Shown here one piece after another: positions 25,744 through 35,912 of a stretch of 64,000 nt of DNA. How positions within the stretch are numbered: the stretch's first letter is position 1; every line of letters starts with the position of its first letter. Source of the stretch: Bacillota bacterium (GTDB lineage: Bacteria > Bacillota_I > Bacilli_A > RF39 > UBA660). A model generated the notes under the pieces. The model did no database searches, had not been told where the DNA came from, and saw only the letters and a list, made by a program, of their open reading frames with translations. Where the stretch lies: the NCBI GenBank assembly GCA_015059375.1, contig SVAN01000004.1, positions 142 through 64,141 of the forward strand. The letters are read 5' to 3'. Position numbers and translations under genes: made by a program.

Positions 25744-25772
25744 AAGTGGGACAGAAAATCCCACTTTTATTT
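25744..25772 (+). terminator. hairpin plus T-run upstream of rimP (terminator or leader attenuator)
   Basis: AAGTGGGA (25744-25751) pairs with TCCCACTT (25759-25766), then TTTAT. A TGATATAAT -10-like element lies just upstream (25719-25727), so it could also act within the rimP leader. Confidence 0.5.
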
Positions 25773-25789
25773 ATAAAAGGAGTGATTTA

Positions 25790-26035
25790 ATGAATTTTGA
25801 TCATCTTACACAAAAGATTAATGAAGCATTAAAAGAATTAGATATATTTGTTGATAATATTGAATATATCAAAAAAGGAAAATATAATTTTTTAGAAATT
25901 ACCCTCGATAAAGTTGGGGGAATCGACTTGGATGGAATTGTTGAAGCTACAAGAATTGTAAATCCAATCGTAGATGAAGAAAATTTTACAGAAGATAGCT
26001 ATATATTAGATGTATCAAGTAAGGAAAGAGGTTAA
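25790..26035 (+). CDS. rimP: ribosome maturation factor RimP, N-terminal domain only
   Basis: 81 aa. Matches the RimP N-terminal domain up to ...YILDVSSKERG, the position of the usual LEVSSPG(I/L)ERPL motif. It then stops 2 nt before nusA. The C-terminal Sm-like domain is missing. Confidence 0.7.
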   Translation: MNFDHLTQKINEALKELDIFVDNIEYIKKGKYNFLEITLDKVGGIDLDGIVEATRIVNPIVDEENFTEDSYILDVSSKERG

Positions 26036-26037
26036 TT

Positions 26038-27150
26038 ATGGATAGTAAAGAATTAATAAGAGCAGTAAAATTAATTGTAGATGAAAAAAATATAAGTGAA
26101 GATATTATTTATGAAGGATTAAATTTAGCATTAACCACGGCATATAAGAAAAATTTTGATTCTAAGACAAACGTTTTAGTAGATATCAATCGGGAAACTG
26201 GAGATATTAAAGTCTTTTCATATCTTGTAGTAGTTAATGAAATTGATGAAGGAACCGAAGAAGTAGATGAAGAAGGAAATATTGTAAAAATTCCTCCGGA
26301 GATTAATGTTGATGCTCAAATTTTATTGGAAGACGCGGTTAAGATTAAGGCTGATGCTCAAATTGGCGATACAATTCAAGTAGAAGTTACACCAAAAGAT
26401 TTTGGAAGAGTAGCCGCTGGAACTGCAAAACAAGTTCTAACACAAAAAATTAGAGAAGCCGAAAAAAATAGCATTATTGAAGAATTTAATGGTAAAGAAT
26501 ATGAAGTTATGGTGGGAATGGTAGCTCTAGAAGATGCTCGAAATTTCTATATTGACTTAGGAAGAACCAGAGGAATATTACCAAAAAGTGAAATTATTCC
26601 TGGTGAAGAAATTGAAATGGGATCTAGTATTAAAGTGTATATTACCAAAGTTGAGAGTAACACTAAAGGTCCTCTTATTATGCTTTCAAGAAAACATTAT
26701 GGTTTTGTTAAAAGATTATTTGAACAAGAAATACCAGAAATTATTAATGGAACAATTGAAATATATCAAGTTGTAAGAGAAGCAGGAATTAGATGTAAAG
26801 TGGCGGTATATTCCAATAATGAAAAGATTGATGCAATTGGGGCTTGTATAGGAGAAAGAGGCTCAAGAATAGCTGGAATTTTAAAAGAACTAGGTCAAGA
26901 AAGAATCGATTTAGTTATTTATAGTGAAAATGATGAAGAATTTATTAAAAATGCTTTAGCTCCAGCAAAAGATGTAATTGTTAATATTACTGATCCAGAA
27001 AAGAAAGAAGCGTTAGCTATTGTTACTGATGATAATTTATCACTAGCCATTGGTAAAAAAGGAAGTAACATTAAGCTAGCTAGTAGATTAACACATTATC
27101 ATATTGAAATTAAGACATTATCCCAAATTAATGAAGAAGGTAATAAGTAA
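26038..27150 (+). CDS. nusA: transcription termination/antitermination factor NusA
   Basis: 370 aa. N-terminal domain, S1 domain and two KH domains (GACIGERGSRI, AIGKKGSNIKLAS). Confidence 0.95.
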   Translation: MDSKELIRAVKLIVDEKNISEDIIYEGLNLALTTAYKKNFDSKTNVLVDINRETGDIKVFSYLVVVNEIDEGTEEVDEEGNIVKIPPEINVDAQILLEDAVKIKADAQIGDTIQVEVTPKDFGRVAAGTAKQVLTQKIREAEKNSIIEEFNGKEYEVMVGMVALEDARNFYIDLGRTRGILPKSEIIPGEEIEMGSSIKVYITKVESNTKGPLIMLSRKHYGFVKRLFEQEIPEIINGTIEIYQVVREAGIRCKVAVYSNNEKIDAIGACIGERGSRIAGILKELGQERIDLVIYSENDEEFIKNALAPAKDVIVNITDPEKKEALAIVTDDNLSLAIGKKGSNIKLASRLTHYHIEIKTLSQINEEGNK

Positions 27151-27410
27151 TGAAAAAGATTCCTTTAAGAACGTGTATCATCACTAAAGAAAAATGTGAA
27201 AAGCATGAGCTTTTAAGGGTTGTGAGAACTCCTGATGGCCAAATTATTTTTGATAAGTCAGGAAAGTTAAATGGTAAAGGGGCTTATATCAAAAAAGATA
27301 AGGAAGTAATCCTAAGAGCTCAAAAAAATAAGAACTTAGATCATACGTTTGAGATGGAAGTTCCAGCAGATGTTTACACCGATTTGTTAGGAGAAGTTAA
27401 TGATAAATAG
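27150..27410 (+). CDS. ylxR: YlxR/RnpM-family RNA-binding protein (DUF448)
   Basis: 86 aa. IPLRTCIITKEKCEKHELLRVV...GKGAYI motif. Conserved position after nusA. Confidence 0.85.
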   Translation: MKKIPLRTCIITKEKCEKHELLRVVRTPDGQIIFDKSGKLNGKGAYIKKDKEVILRAQKNKNLDHTFEMEVPADVYTDLLGEVNDK

Positions 27411-27996
27411 ACCAAGTAGAGAAGAATATTATATGTCAATAGCGCATTTAGCGGCGATGAGATCAACCTGTTTATCTAGAAAAGTCGGTGCTATTATTGT
27501 TAAAGAGGATAATCCAATTTCTTTTGGATATAACGGGCCGGCTCGGGGAGTGCAGCACTGTGAAGAGGTAGGCGGTTGTCCAAGAAAATTGAAACCAGAC
27601 TATAAAAGCGGAGCCTATTTAGACTTGTGTCCTGCTTCGCACGCCGAACAAAATGCAATTGCTTTTGCCGCGAGACATGGTATATCAACCGTTGGTGCTA
27701 CTATATACGTTGGAACTTTTCCTTGTAAGGATTGTATGAATTCATTAATTAATGCAGGGATATCCAAGATAGTATATGATAGTACATATAATGCCGATTT
27801 GTCTGCGAAAATTGTTGCTGAAGCAAATGTTGAAATATGTAAATACGAAGGAAGAACACTTAAGCAAATTCTTACGGAGTTTAATTATATTACGGACAGC
27901 GATATTCTTTCTGGTCTAGAGAAAAAAGATAAAATTAAAATAATTCAAACGTTAGCAAAAGATTTATCAAAAGATGAACTTAGTAAAATATTATAA
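27400..27996 (+). CDS. dCMP/cytidine deaminase-family zinc enzyme (ComEB-like) with a ~50-aa C-terminal extension
   Basis: 198 aa. Zinc motifs HAEQNAI and PCKDCMNSLI. It occupies the slot where ylxQ usually sits between ylxR and infB. Confidence 0.8.
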   Translation: MINRPSREEYYMSIAHLAAMRSTCLSRKVGAIIVKEDNPISFGYNGPARGVQHCEEVGGCPRKLKPDYKSGAYLDLCPASHAEQNAIAFAARHGISTVGATIYVGTFPCKDCMNSLINAGISKIVYDSTYNADLSAKIVAEANVEICKYEGRTLKQILTEFNYITDSDILSGLEKKDKIKIIQTLAKDLSKDELSKIL

Positions 27997-28013
27997 TTAA
28001 AAAGAAAGGGTGG

Positions 28014-30128
28014 ATGAAAATGAACATAAAAGATTATGCAAAAGACGTAAATTTATCAGTAGCAGAAGTATTAAAAAAATGTGAAGAAATGGGGATAAAG
28101 GCAGATGCCAATTCAGTTCTTACTGAAGACGATATTATTATTTTAGATAATACGTTAAACTTAATAAGTACTGCTACTGAAACAACATATGAGGACGAAG
28201 ATGTTATTGATGATGTCGTTCAACAAGTTTTAGAAAGTGAAAATATTGATAAAACAACGTCAAATACCACAAGTAAACAAAAGTTAAAGAAGAAGGATAG
28301 CATTAAAGAATCAAAGGATTTTAAACATCTAAAGAAAGAAATGTACAAACATAAAACGAAATTAATGGGAAATAGTAAAGATGAAAATATCGTTTTATAT
28401 ACAAATGGCATGACAGTTGGAGACCTGGCTACTGCTTTAGGTGTATCAGCACAAGATGTTATTAAAAAATTGATGGGATTAGGTTTAATGCTTAATTTGA
28501 ATCAACCAATTGATTTTGAAAATGCTGAAATTTTAACTCTTGATTATGGAAAAACTTTAAAGAAAGAAGAGAGTCAAGATGTTTCTAATTTTGAAAATTA
28601 TGAAATTGTTGATAAAGAAGAAGATTTAGTTACTCGTCCACCGATTGTTACCATTATGGGACATGTTGACCATGGAAAAACTACATTGCTTGATTATATA
28701 AGAAATTCTCATGTAGTTGATACTGAATTTGGGGGGATTACGCAGGCAATTGGTGCTTACCAAATTGAGTATGAAGGTTCAAAATTAACGTTTATTGATA
28801 CTCCGGGGCATGCAGCTTTTACGCAAATGCGCGCTCGTGGGGCTAGTGTAACTGATATTGTAATTATTATTGTTGCTGCTGATGACGGCGTTATGCCACA
28901 AACTAAGGAAGCAGTAGAGCATGCTTTATCCGCAAAAGTGCCAATCGTTGTAGCGGTCAATAAAATTGATAAGCCTGATGCCAACATTGATCGAATTTAT
29001 ACAGAAATGGCTGAATTAAATCTTACTCCTGAAGCTTGGGGCGGTGATATTCCATTTATTAATATTTCTGCTAAGACAGGTGAGGGGATTGATAATTTAT
29101 TAAACACTTTATTAGCTATAGCTGAAGTAAGTGAATTGAAGGCTAATCCTAATCGATATGCTTTAGGAGCTGTTATTGAAGAACGCCTAGATAAAAATGT
29201 TGGGGGAGTAGCTTCTTTCCTAATTCAAAATGGTACCCTTCGGATTGGTGACCCAATAGCTGTAGGAACAACTTGGGGAAAAATAAGAACCATGAAGAAT
29301 GATTTAGGTGTTAATATTGTTGAAGCAGGACCGTCTACTCCTGTTGAGATAACAGGATTAAATGATAATCCAAAAGCTGGTGACAAATTTATGGCGTTTG
29401 AAACCCTTGAAGAAGTAAAGGAAGTTGCCGAAAAACGTAAGGAACAAGCATTGAATAACCGCGAAAAGAAGGGAAGCATCACTTTAGATGATTTATTTAA
29501 TTCGATTAACGAAGGTCAAAAAGAAATTGCGGTTGTTTTGAAGACTGATGTTCGTGGTAGTGAAGAAGCAGTTAAAAGTGCTTTAGAAAAAATAACTGTC
29601 GGCGAAGTTAAAGTTAAAGTAATTCGTAGTGGTATTGGCCCAATTAGTGAAAGTGATGTTGTTTTAGCTAGTGCATCTAAGGCTATTGTAATAGGTTTTA
29701 ATGTTATTGCCAGTCCTGGTGCGAAAGAAATGGCTAAAGAATATGACATTGATATTCGTTTATATACAATCATTTATAAATTAGTTGAAGAGATGGAATT
29801 GGCATTACAAGGAATGCTTGATCCTGAGTTCGAAGAAAAAGTTATTGGTAGTGTTGAGGTAAGACAAATCTTTAAATTTTCTAAAATCGGTAATATTGCC
29901 GGTGTTTATGTAACAGATGGCTTAGTTAAATCCTCTGCGAATGCTCGCGTAATTCGTGACGGTGTAGTTTTAACAGATGCTAAAATTGCTTCTGTTCAAA
30001 GAGGTAAAGATAATGTTAAAGAAGTTAAAAAAGGCTATGAATGTGGAATAACTTTAGAAAAGTATGATGATTTTAAAGAACGAGATGTATTAGAAATTTA
30101 TGAATTGCAAGAGGTAAAACGTGGCTAA
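28014..30128 (+). CDS. infB: translation initiation factor IF-2
   Basis: 704 aa. G domain [25 protein letters not shown]. The start could be ATG 28020, which is better spaced from GGGTGG. Confidence 0.97.
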   Translation: MKMNIKDYAKDVNLSVAEVLKKCEEMGIKADANSVLTEDDIIILDNTLNLISTATETTYEDEDVIDDVVQQVLESENIDKTTSNTTSKQKLKKKDSIKESKDFKHLKKEMYKHKTKLMGNSKDENIVLYTNGMTVGDLATALGVSAQDVIKKLMGLGLMLNLNQPIDFENAEILTLDYGKTLKKEESQDVSNFENYEIVDKEEDLVTRPPIVTIMGHVDHGKTTLLDYIRNSHVVDTEFGGITQAIGAYQIEYEGSKLTFIDTPGHAAFTQMRARGASVTDIVIIIVAADDGVMPQTKEAVEHALSAKVPIVVAVNKIDKPDANIDRIYTEMAELNLTPEAWGGDIPFINISAKTGEGIDNLLNTLLAIAEVSELKANPNRYALGAVIEERLDKNVGGVASFLIQNGTLRIGDPIAVGTTWGKIRTMKNDLGVNIVEAGPSTPVEITGLNDNPKAGDKFMAFETLEEVKEVAEKRKEQALNNREKKGSITLDDLFNSINEGQKEIAVVLKTDVRGSEEAVKSALEKITVGEVKVKVIRSGIGPISESDVVLASASKAIVIGFNVIASPGAKEMAKEYDIDIRLYTIIYKLVEEMELALQGMLDPEFEEKVIGSVEVRQIFKFSKIGNIAGVYVTDGLVKSSANARVIRDGVVLTDAKIASVQRGKDNVKEVKKGYECGITLEKYDDFKERDVLEIYELQEVKRG

Positions 30129-30459
30129 TTATAATTTGAAAAGAATTGAAAGAGATATTGAAAAACATTTACCGGTAATAATTCAACGTGAAGCTACAGA
30201 CGAACTTTTAAAAACGATTACAATAACTGGATGTGAACTTACACATGATTTAAGTTTTTGTAAAGTATATTTTACTTCAATTGCAGATATGGATAAGAAA
30301 TCTTTGGAAAAAGAAGTGAATGAAGCTAGCTCTTTTTTAAGAGGGAAACTTTCCAAAGTTATGGAGATCCGCAATACGCCAATTCTACGATTTGAATATG
30401 ATGAATCCATTGAATATGCGGATCGTATTGAAAATGTAATAAAAAAATTACATGAATAA
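30121..30459 (+). CDS. rbfA: ribosome-binding factor A
   Basis: 112 aa. GTG start overlapping the infB stop. ...ITGCELTHDLSFCKVYF... pattern. Conserved position. Confidence 0.85.
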   Translation: MANYNLKRIERDIEKHLPVIIQREATDELLKTITITGCELTHDLSFCKVYFTSIADMDKKSLEKEVNEASSFLRGKLSKVMEIRNTPILRFEYDESIEYADRIENVIKKLHE

Positions 30460-30470
30460 GAAAGGTAAAA

Positions 30471-31058
30471 ATGTATATTAGTGATCAAAAACCAAATATT
30501 AATATTTTGGGGAGATTAGCGTGTGATTATTATTATGGTAACGAAAGAGTAAATGGTGTCACACTTTTTAGTAAAATCGCAATTAAAAAGTGTGCTGATG
30601 GTGAAATAAATTGTTTACCATTATTGCTATTAGATGGTAATTATAAAAAAACAATTAATCAATTAGAATACGTTTACGATGATATTATTAATGAATTTAT
30701 TGGCTTGTATGCTGATAATGGACATTTAATTGCTCATACTTTTATAACATACTTTCAAACTGATGACTTTAATCAAGTTGTGCAAATTAATGATATTTAT
30801 GTTGAAAACAAAGATGCTTTTAAACTCTCAATATTTGATGGTATTGACGTGCTATCGGGCATTTATCGGCAAATTTTAACTTTTGCTGAAGAGCATATTT
30901 ATCGCAATAGTCCAAATTTTGATAAAATTGAAATTGATGTTTCTTTTAATAAGATTTTATTGTTGATTGTTCAAGAACTTGGATATGAAATTGATGTTTC
31001 TTCGTCAAAGAGTTTAGGTTATAAAGAAAATAATAAAGGATTAAAAAGAGTTTTATGA
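30471..31058 (+). CDS. hypothetical protein, possibly GNAT-like fold
   Basis: 195 aa. The C-terminal half is vaguely GNAT-like (INDIYVENKD...IYRQILTFAEEH...IEIDVSFNKILLLIVQELGYE). It lies between rbfA and truB and overlaps truB. Confidence 0.4.
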   Translation: MYISDQKPNINILGRLACDYYYGNERVNGVTLFSKIAIKKCADGEINCLPLLLLDGNYKKTINQLEYVYDDIINEFIGLYADNGHLIAHTFITYFQTDDFNQVVQINDIYVENKDAFKLSIFDGIDVLSGIYRQILTFAEEHIYRNSPNFDKIEIDVSFNKILLLIVQELGYEIDVSSSKSLGYKENNKGLKRVL

Positions 31059-31894
31059 ATGGTGTAATACTTATTAATAAAAAAAAGGGAAAAACAAGTC
31101 GAGATATGGTTAATGAACTTAACCATATTTTTGGTATGAAGAGAATTGGGCATACAGGGACACTTGATCCGCTTGCTACTGGTGTTTTAGTTATGTGTCT
31201 TGGAAAATATACAAAGTTAGTGGATGAACTTTCTTCTTTAAGAAAAGAATATGTAGCTAAAGTTAAAATAGGAATTAAAACTGATACATTAGATATTACA
31301 GGTAATGTTTTAGAGAAAGATGAATGTACAATTGATACAAATGAACTTAAATTAGTGTTAAATTCAATGTTAGGAAAACAAGTACAAACAATTCCTGCAT
31401 ATTCTGCAAAAAAAATTAATGGAAAGAAATTATATGAATATGCTCGAAAGAAAGAATATGTTGAACTCCCTAAAAATGAGGTTGAAATTTATGATATCCA
31501 GTTACTCGAGGTTACTAGTGATACTTTTACCTTTAAAACCGTTGTTAGTAAAGGAACATATATTCGAAGTTTAATTGAGGAAATTTGTAATCGCTTAAAT
31601 ATTATTGGAACAATGTGTGAATTAGAAAGAACTATGCAAGGAAAATTTTCTGTTCTTGAAAGTTTTGACATTCAGGAAGTTCAAAACGGCAACTACAAAT
31701 TATTGACAATTAAAGATTTATTAGATTATCAAGTGTATGTTTTGAGTGACGAAGAATATTATAAAGTGAAAAATGGGAATAAAATGAACTTTAATTTTAG
31801 TGATGAAAAAATAATTTTGGAATATGATAATAAAGAGATAGCTATTTATGAAAAAGAAAATGGTGTCTATCGAGCTAGTATAATGCTGATATAA
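31055..31894 (+). CDS. truB: tRNA pseudouridine(55) synthase TruB
   Basis: 279 aa. Catalytic motif GHTGTLDPLATGVL. Confidence 0.92.
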   Translation: MNGVILINKKKGKTSRDMVNELNHIFGMKRIGHTGTLDPLATGVLVMCLGKYTKLVDELSSLRKEYVAKVKIGIKTDTLDITGNVLEKDECTIDTNELKLVLNSMLGKQVQTIPAYSAKKINGKKLYEYARKKEYVELPKNEVEIYDIQLLEVTSDTFTFKTVVSKGTYIRSLIEEICNRLNIIGTMCELERTMQGKFSVLESFDIQEVQNGNYKLLTIKDLLDYQVYVLSDEEYYKVKNGNKMNFNFSDEKIILEYDNKEIAIYEKENGVYRASIMLI

Positions 31895-31953
31895 TGTTTG
31901 CAATTTGATTTTTATCATGTTAAAATTGTATATAGAATAAAGAGGTGTTTTAG

Positions 31954-32871
31954 GTGAGAGAGTTTATAGTCGAGTTATATGCAAATGAAAATTTTCCAAT
32001 TTATTTAGGAGCAATAATATTAGTTTTATTGATTGCGTTTTTTATTGTTTTCTTTTTAGGAAAAAAAGATAAGAAAAAAATTGAAATGACGCAACGATTA
32101 GAAACAATTAAAGCAGATGCCTTTAAGGAAGTAACTCCTCCGGTAAAAGTGGAAGCTGTTCCTGCTGAAAATTCTGCAGTAAATATTCCTCCACAAATCC
32201 CTCAAACACCAATTTCAGAACCTAGTCAAGGAGATTTGGATTCTCAAGTAAATACTGCTAATGTTGAAGTAGTTCCAACTGAACCAATGCAAATACCTAT
32301 TCCACAAGTCAATATTCAACCTGTTACTTATGAGCCGGAGGTTAGTCCTATGCCAACTGCTGAAGTGACTATTAACGAGAACCCATATAATGCTCAAACA
32401 GTGATTTCAAATGATAATATTCAACCGGATGTTGCCGAAATAGATTTAAGTAATTTTAGAAATTTGGCAGCTTCAATCGAAACTGAATTATCAGCTTTAG
32501 AAAAACAACAAGAGTTAGCTAGACCAATTGTTGAAAATATTCCTCAAGCAGAGCCGGTAATGAATTATAGTTCCGGCATGGAAAATGTAAATCCAACTCC
32601 AGTTATAACCACAGTGATGACGTCTCCAGTAGTTGACAACCAAGATATCGTAAAACCTATTTTAGAACCAATAGAAACTGAGACAATTAAAATTGATGTT
32701 CCTGAAAAAAGGGAAGAGATACAACCTAATCCTACTAAAGTAATGACTGGTGTATTTAGTTCAGTTTATGCACCGAAAAAAGAGGAACCTTCGTTTTTCG
32801 AAGACACAATGGCAATTGAATTGCCTCGGTTAAAAGATACGCAAAAAAACGATGATAATCGTATGAGTTAA
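31954..32871 (+). CDS. hypothetical membrane-anchored Pro/Val/Glu/Gln-rich protein
   Basis: 305 aa. GTG start behind AAAGAGGTG. One TM (FPIYLGAIILVLLIAFFIVFFL) followed by a low-complexity P/V/E/Q-rich region. Confidence 0.55.
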   Translation: MREFIVELYANENFPIYLGAIILVLLIAFFIVFFLGKKDKKKIEMTQRLETIKADAFKEVTPPVKVEAVPAENSAVNIPPQIPQTPISEPSQGDLDSQVNTANVEVVPTEPMQIPIPQVNIQPVTYEPEVSPMPTAEVTINENPYNAQTVISNDNIQPDVAEIDLSNFRNLAASIETELSALEKQQELARPIVENIPQAEPVMNYSSGMENVNPTPVITTVMTSPVVDNQDIVKPILEPIETETIKIDVPEKREEIQPNPTKVMTGVFSSVYAPKKEEPSFFEDTMAIELPRLKDTQKNDDNRMS

Positions 32872-32892
32872 GCAGAGAATTCTGCTTTTTTT
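32871..32892 (+). terminator. rho-independent terminator
   Basis: AGCAGA / TCTGCT hairpin followed by T6, overlapping the stop codon. Confidence 0.7.
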
Positions 32893-32967
32893 ATGTTGAA
32901 AATTAATTGACAATTTTGTTGCTGGTAGTATAATTAAATTTACTGAAAAGAGGCAATAACATTATAT

Positions 32968-33933
32968 ATGAATAATAAAAAATTAACAGCAGTGAAAAAT
33001 GCGGCAATGGTTGTATCGGCGCTAATCGTTTTAACTGGTTGCGCTAATAAAATGCAGGATACAGGTGCATATATTTCTGATTCTTCATCCTTTTTTCCAA
33101 GCTCAATAGATAACTTAGAAATGGATGCTCCTCAAGAGGAACTTTCGCCAATACCTTATAGTTTTGATATAAGTATTAATGATGCTAAATTAATTTCTGA
33201 TTGTGACTCATATCTTAAATATCTTGATTCACAAGCGCCATTACATGATGCGTTTCAAATTATGCTAGAACCTTATTTGTATTCTGTTGAAAAACAAGAG
33301 TTGGCAGCTTATCAACTTTTAAAAATAAACGGATTAACTGTTGCTGATGTTGAAGAAGAACTTCATAATATATTAGTCTATTCACAAAATCCAACTTGCT
33401 GCAGTACTGAAATGTTTGACAAATTAGTAGGAAAATTAAACAAAACACTTTGCTGTATGGCTAATCCTTTTACTAGTTATTATGCTTTGAGTCAAAGAAT
33501 TCATGAATTTTCTTGCTCTAAGGAGCATTCATTTCAGTATGGTATTTATACGTGTGATAATCTTTTAAAAGAAAATGAAGACATGCGTACGATGACAATA
33601 CTTGAAAGTCTTGAAATGAAATATGCTGAGGATTTGGGATTTCAAAAGATTAAACGAGCACTTTTACAAAATCCTGATTTAAGTATAAATAGTTTTCTTG
33701 TTGAATTGGAAAATTTAATTCAAGCACAGCTTAATCCATCAGGGATGGGATACAATAGCTGGTTTGCACTCTTCGGTAATTTAAATGCAACCTTATCATA
33801 TGGAGAATCATTATATGAAACCTATATCGAATTAGCGGTAAGCATTCATAATGAATTATATCCAGATGATCTTTTAACCAAAAATGAGTATGGTATTTAT
33901 GTTTCAAAATCTTTGATAATGCCTAAATACTAA
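32968..33933 (+). CDS. hypothetical lipoprotein
   Basis: 321 aa. Signal peptide with lipobox VLTGC (…ALIVLTGCANK). No family recognised. Confidence 0.65.
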   Translation: MNNKKLTAVKNAAMVVSALIVLTGCANKMQDTGAYISDSSSFFPSSIDNLEMDAPQEELSPIPYSFDISINDAKLISDCDSYLKYLDSQAPLHDAFQIMLEPYLYSVEKQELAAYQLLKINGLTVADVEEELHNILVYSQNPTCCSTEMFDKLVGKLNKTLCCMANPFTSYYALSQRIHEFSCSKEHSFQYGIYTCDNLLKENEDMRTMTILESLEMKYAEDLGFQKIKRALLQNPDLSINSFLVELENLIQAQLNPSGMGYNSWFALFGNLNATLSYGESLYETYIELAVSIHNELYPDDLLTKNEYGIYVSKSLIMPKY

Positions 33934-33954
33934 TTAAAACCTAGAAAAAACGTC

Positions 33955-33982
33955 AAGAAGATTGCAAAAATCTTCTTTTTTC
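33955..33982 (+). terminator. rho-independent terminator
   Basis: AAGAAGATT (33955-33963) pairs with AATCTTCTT (33969-33977), then a T-run. Confidence 0.75.
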
Positions 33983-34005
33983 TTTATAATGGTTATGGTG
34001 ATGGT

Positions 34006-35910
34006 ATGGCAAAATATGATGAAACATCTATAAAAATTCTTGAAGGTTTAGAAGCTGTTAGAAAAAGACCTGGTATGTATATTGGGTCAACAGATAAAAG
34101 AGGACTTCACCATTTAGTATGGGAAATAGTTGATAATTCCATTGATGAAGTAATAAATGGATATGGCAATCATATAAAAGTTATTTTAAATAAAAATGGT
34201 AGTGTAACAATTAGCGATAACGGTCGTGGGGTTCCAATCGGAATGCATGAAAGCGGTAAAAGTACACCAGAGGTTATATATACAATCTTACACGCAGGTG
34301 GTAAATTCGAAGAAGGCGGATATAAAGTATCTGGAGGACTTCATGGTGTAGGTGCGTCTGTTGTTAATGCTTTGAGTAATTACATGGATGTTGTAATATA
34401 CAAAGAAGGAAAAATCTCCAACATTCGTTTCGAGGATGGCGGAAAGGTTGCAATTCCATTAAAACAAGTAGGAGAAACTAAAAAAACAGGAACAACAGTA
34501 ACGTTTTTCCCTAATCCAGAAATATTTAAAAATTGCAAATTTTCATATACAACAATTTGTGAAAGAATGCAAGAAAGTGCCTTTTTAATATCAGGTCTTA
34601 CTATTGAAGTAATTGATGAAGAAGATGGCCGTAGCGAGACTTTTTTCTATGAAAACGGGTTAAATAGTTTTATTGATTATATTAATGAAGGCAAATCATC
34701 TCTTTGCAATACTTTAAATTTTAATAGTAGTAAAAATGGTATTGAGGTAAGCGTTGCTTTGCAATATACTGATACATACAATGAAAATATTTTATCTTTT
34801 GTTAATAATGTTAAGACTCCGGACGGCGGAAGTCATGAAGTCGGTTTTAAAACCGGAATAACTAAAGCATTTAATGATTATGCCAAAAATAATAATTTAG
34901 TGAAAGGAAAAGATTCACTTTTTGAAGGTTCTGATGTTAGGGAAGGTTTATCTGCGGTTATTAGTTTAAAGATTCCTGAGAATTTATTGCAATTTGAGGG
35001 ACAAACCAAATCTAAGTTAGGTACTCCGGAAGCAAGAAGTATTACGGAAAGTATTACGTATGAACAAATAAAATTCTTTTTAGAAGAAAATAAAGAGGCA
35101 GCTTTAACTATTATTGATAAGGCGACCAAAAGTATGGAAGCAAGAGCGGCAGCCCGAAAGGCGCGGGAACTTGTTCGCAACGGTAAAGGAAAAGAAAAGA
35201 AAGATAAAATTTTAAGTGGTAAGCTAGCTAAAGCTACTGGTAAAAATATTAGTAAAAATGAATTGTTTTTAGTCGAAGGAGATTCTGCCGGTGGCTCTGC
35301 AAAAACAGGAAGAGACAGAGAAACACAAGCAATTTTGCCTTTACGAGGAAAAGTTCTAAATTGTGAAAAAGCTTCGAATAATGACATTCATGCTAATGAA
35401 GAATTAAATACATTAATTTATGCAATTGGGGCGGGAATTGGCAATGATTTTGATCCAAAAGATAGTAATTATGGCAAAGTAATTATTATGACTGATGCTG
35501 ACGATGATGGCGCTCACATTCAAACTCTGTTATTAACTTTCTTTTATCGTTTTATGCGGCCTTTGATTGAAGCGGGGATGTTATATATTGCCAATCCGCC
35601 TTTATATGCCTTAGATTTTGGTAAATACAAAGAATATATAGCTACCGATGAAGAATTGGAAGAAAGAAAAAGAGAAGTAAAAGGAACTTATAAAGTTCAA
35701 CGGTTTAAAGGTTTAGGAGAAATGAATTCTGACGAACTATTTGAAACAACAATGAATCCCGAAACTAGAAGTTTAATTAAAGTGAGTATTACTGATGCTG
35801 CTTTGGCTGAAAAAAGGGTTTCGGTGTTAATGGGAGATAAAGTTGAACCACGTAAGGAATGGATTGAAGAAAATGTGGATTTCACATTGGAAGATAGTTT
35901 TAGGAGGTAA
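34006..35910 (+). CDS. parE: DNA topoisomerase IV subunit B
   Basis: 634 aa. LEGLEAVRKRPGMYIGS, EGDSAGG, PLRGK, IMTDADDDGAHI. ParE-like rather than GyrB-like segments: FFYENGLNSFIDY, LLQFEGQTKSKLG, VEPRKEWIEENV. Confidence 0.85.
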   Translation: MAKYDETSIKILEGLEAVRKRPGMYIGSTDKRGLHHLVWEIVDNSIDEVINGYGNHIKVILNKNGSVTISDNGRGVPIGMHESGKSTPEVIYTILHAGGKFEEGGYKVSGGLHGVGASVVNALSNYMDVVIYKEGKISNIRFEDGGKVAIPLKQVGETKKTGTTVTFFPNPEIFKNCKFSYTTICERMQESAFLISGLTIEVIDEEDGRSETFFYENGLNSFIDYINEGKSSLCNTLNFNSSKNGIEVSVALQYTDTYNENILSFVNNVKTPDGGSHEVGFKTGITKAFNDYAKNNNLVKGKDSLFEGSDVREGLSAVISLKIPENLLQFEGQTKSKLGTPEARSITESITYEQIKFFLEENKEAALTIIDKATKSMEARAAARKARELVRNGKGKEKKDKILSGKLAKATGKNISKNELFLVEGDSAGGSAKTGRDRETQAILPLRGKVLNCEKASNNDIHANEELNTLIYAIGAGIGNDFDPKDSNYGKVIIMTDADDDGAHIQTLLLTFFYRFMRPLIEAGMLYIANPPLYALDFGKYKEYIATDEELEERKREVKGTYKVQRFKGLGEMNSDELFETTMNPETRSLIKVSITDAALAEKRVSVLMGDKVEPRKEWIEENVDFTLEDSFRR

Positions 35911-35912
35911 TC

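Noticed and set aside
34878-35387. 169-aa minus-strand ORF inside parE. Similar antisense or alternate-frame ORFs occur at 1116-1376, 5150-5338, 6443-6625, 15738-16007, 17635-17844, 22296-22646, 27500-27688, 28220-29773, 30183-30488, 31489-31918, 32215-32397, 33260-33448, 35697-35885, 42502-42708, 49039-49224, 49975-50184, 55558-55755, 56729-56950 and 63183-63365. Same-strand alternate-frame examples are 26588-26776, 38537-38746, 51004-51210 and 56611-56793.
   Set aside because: All are shadow ORFs embedded in well-supported conserved genes. They have low-complexity Ser/Leu/Phe/Ile-rich products and no RBS.
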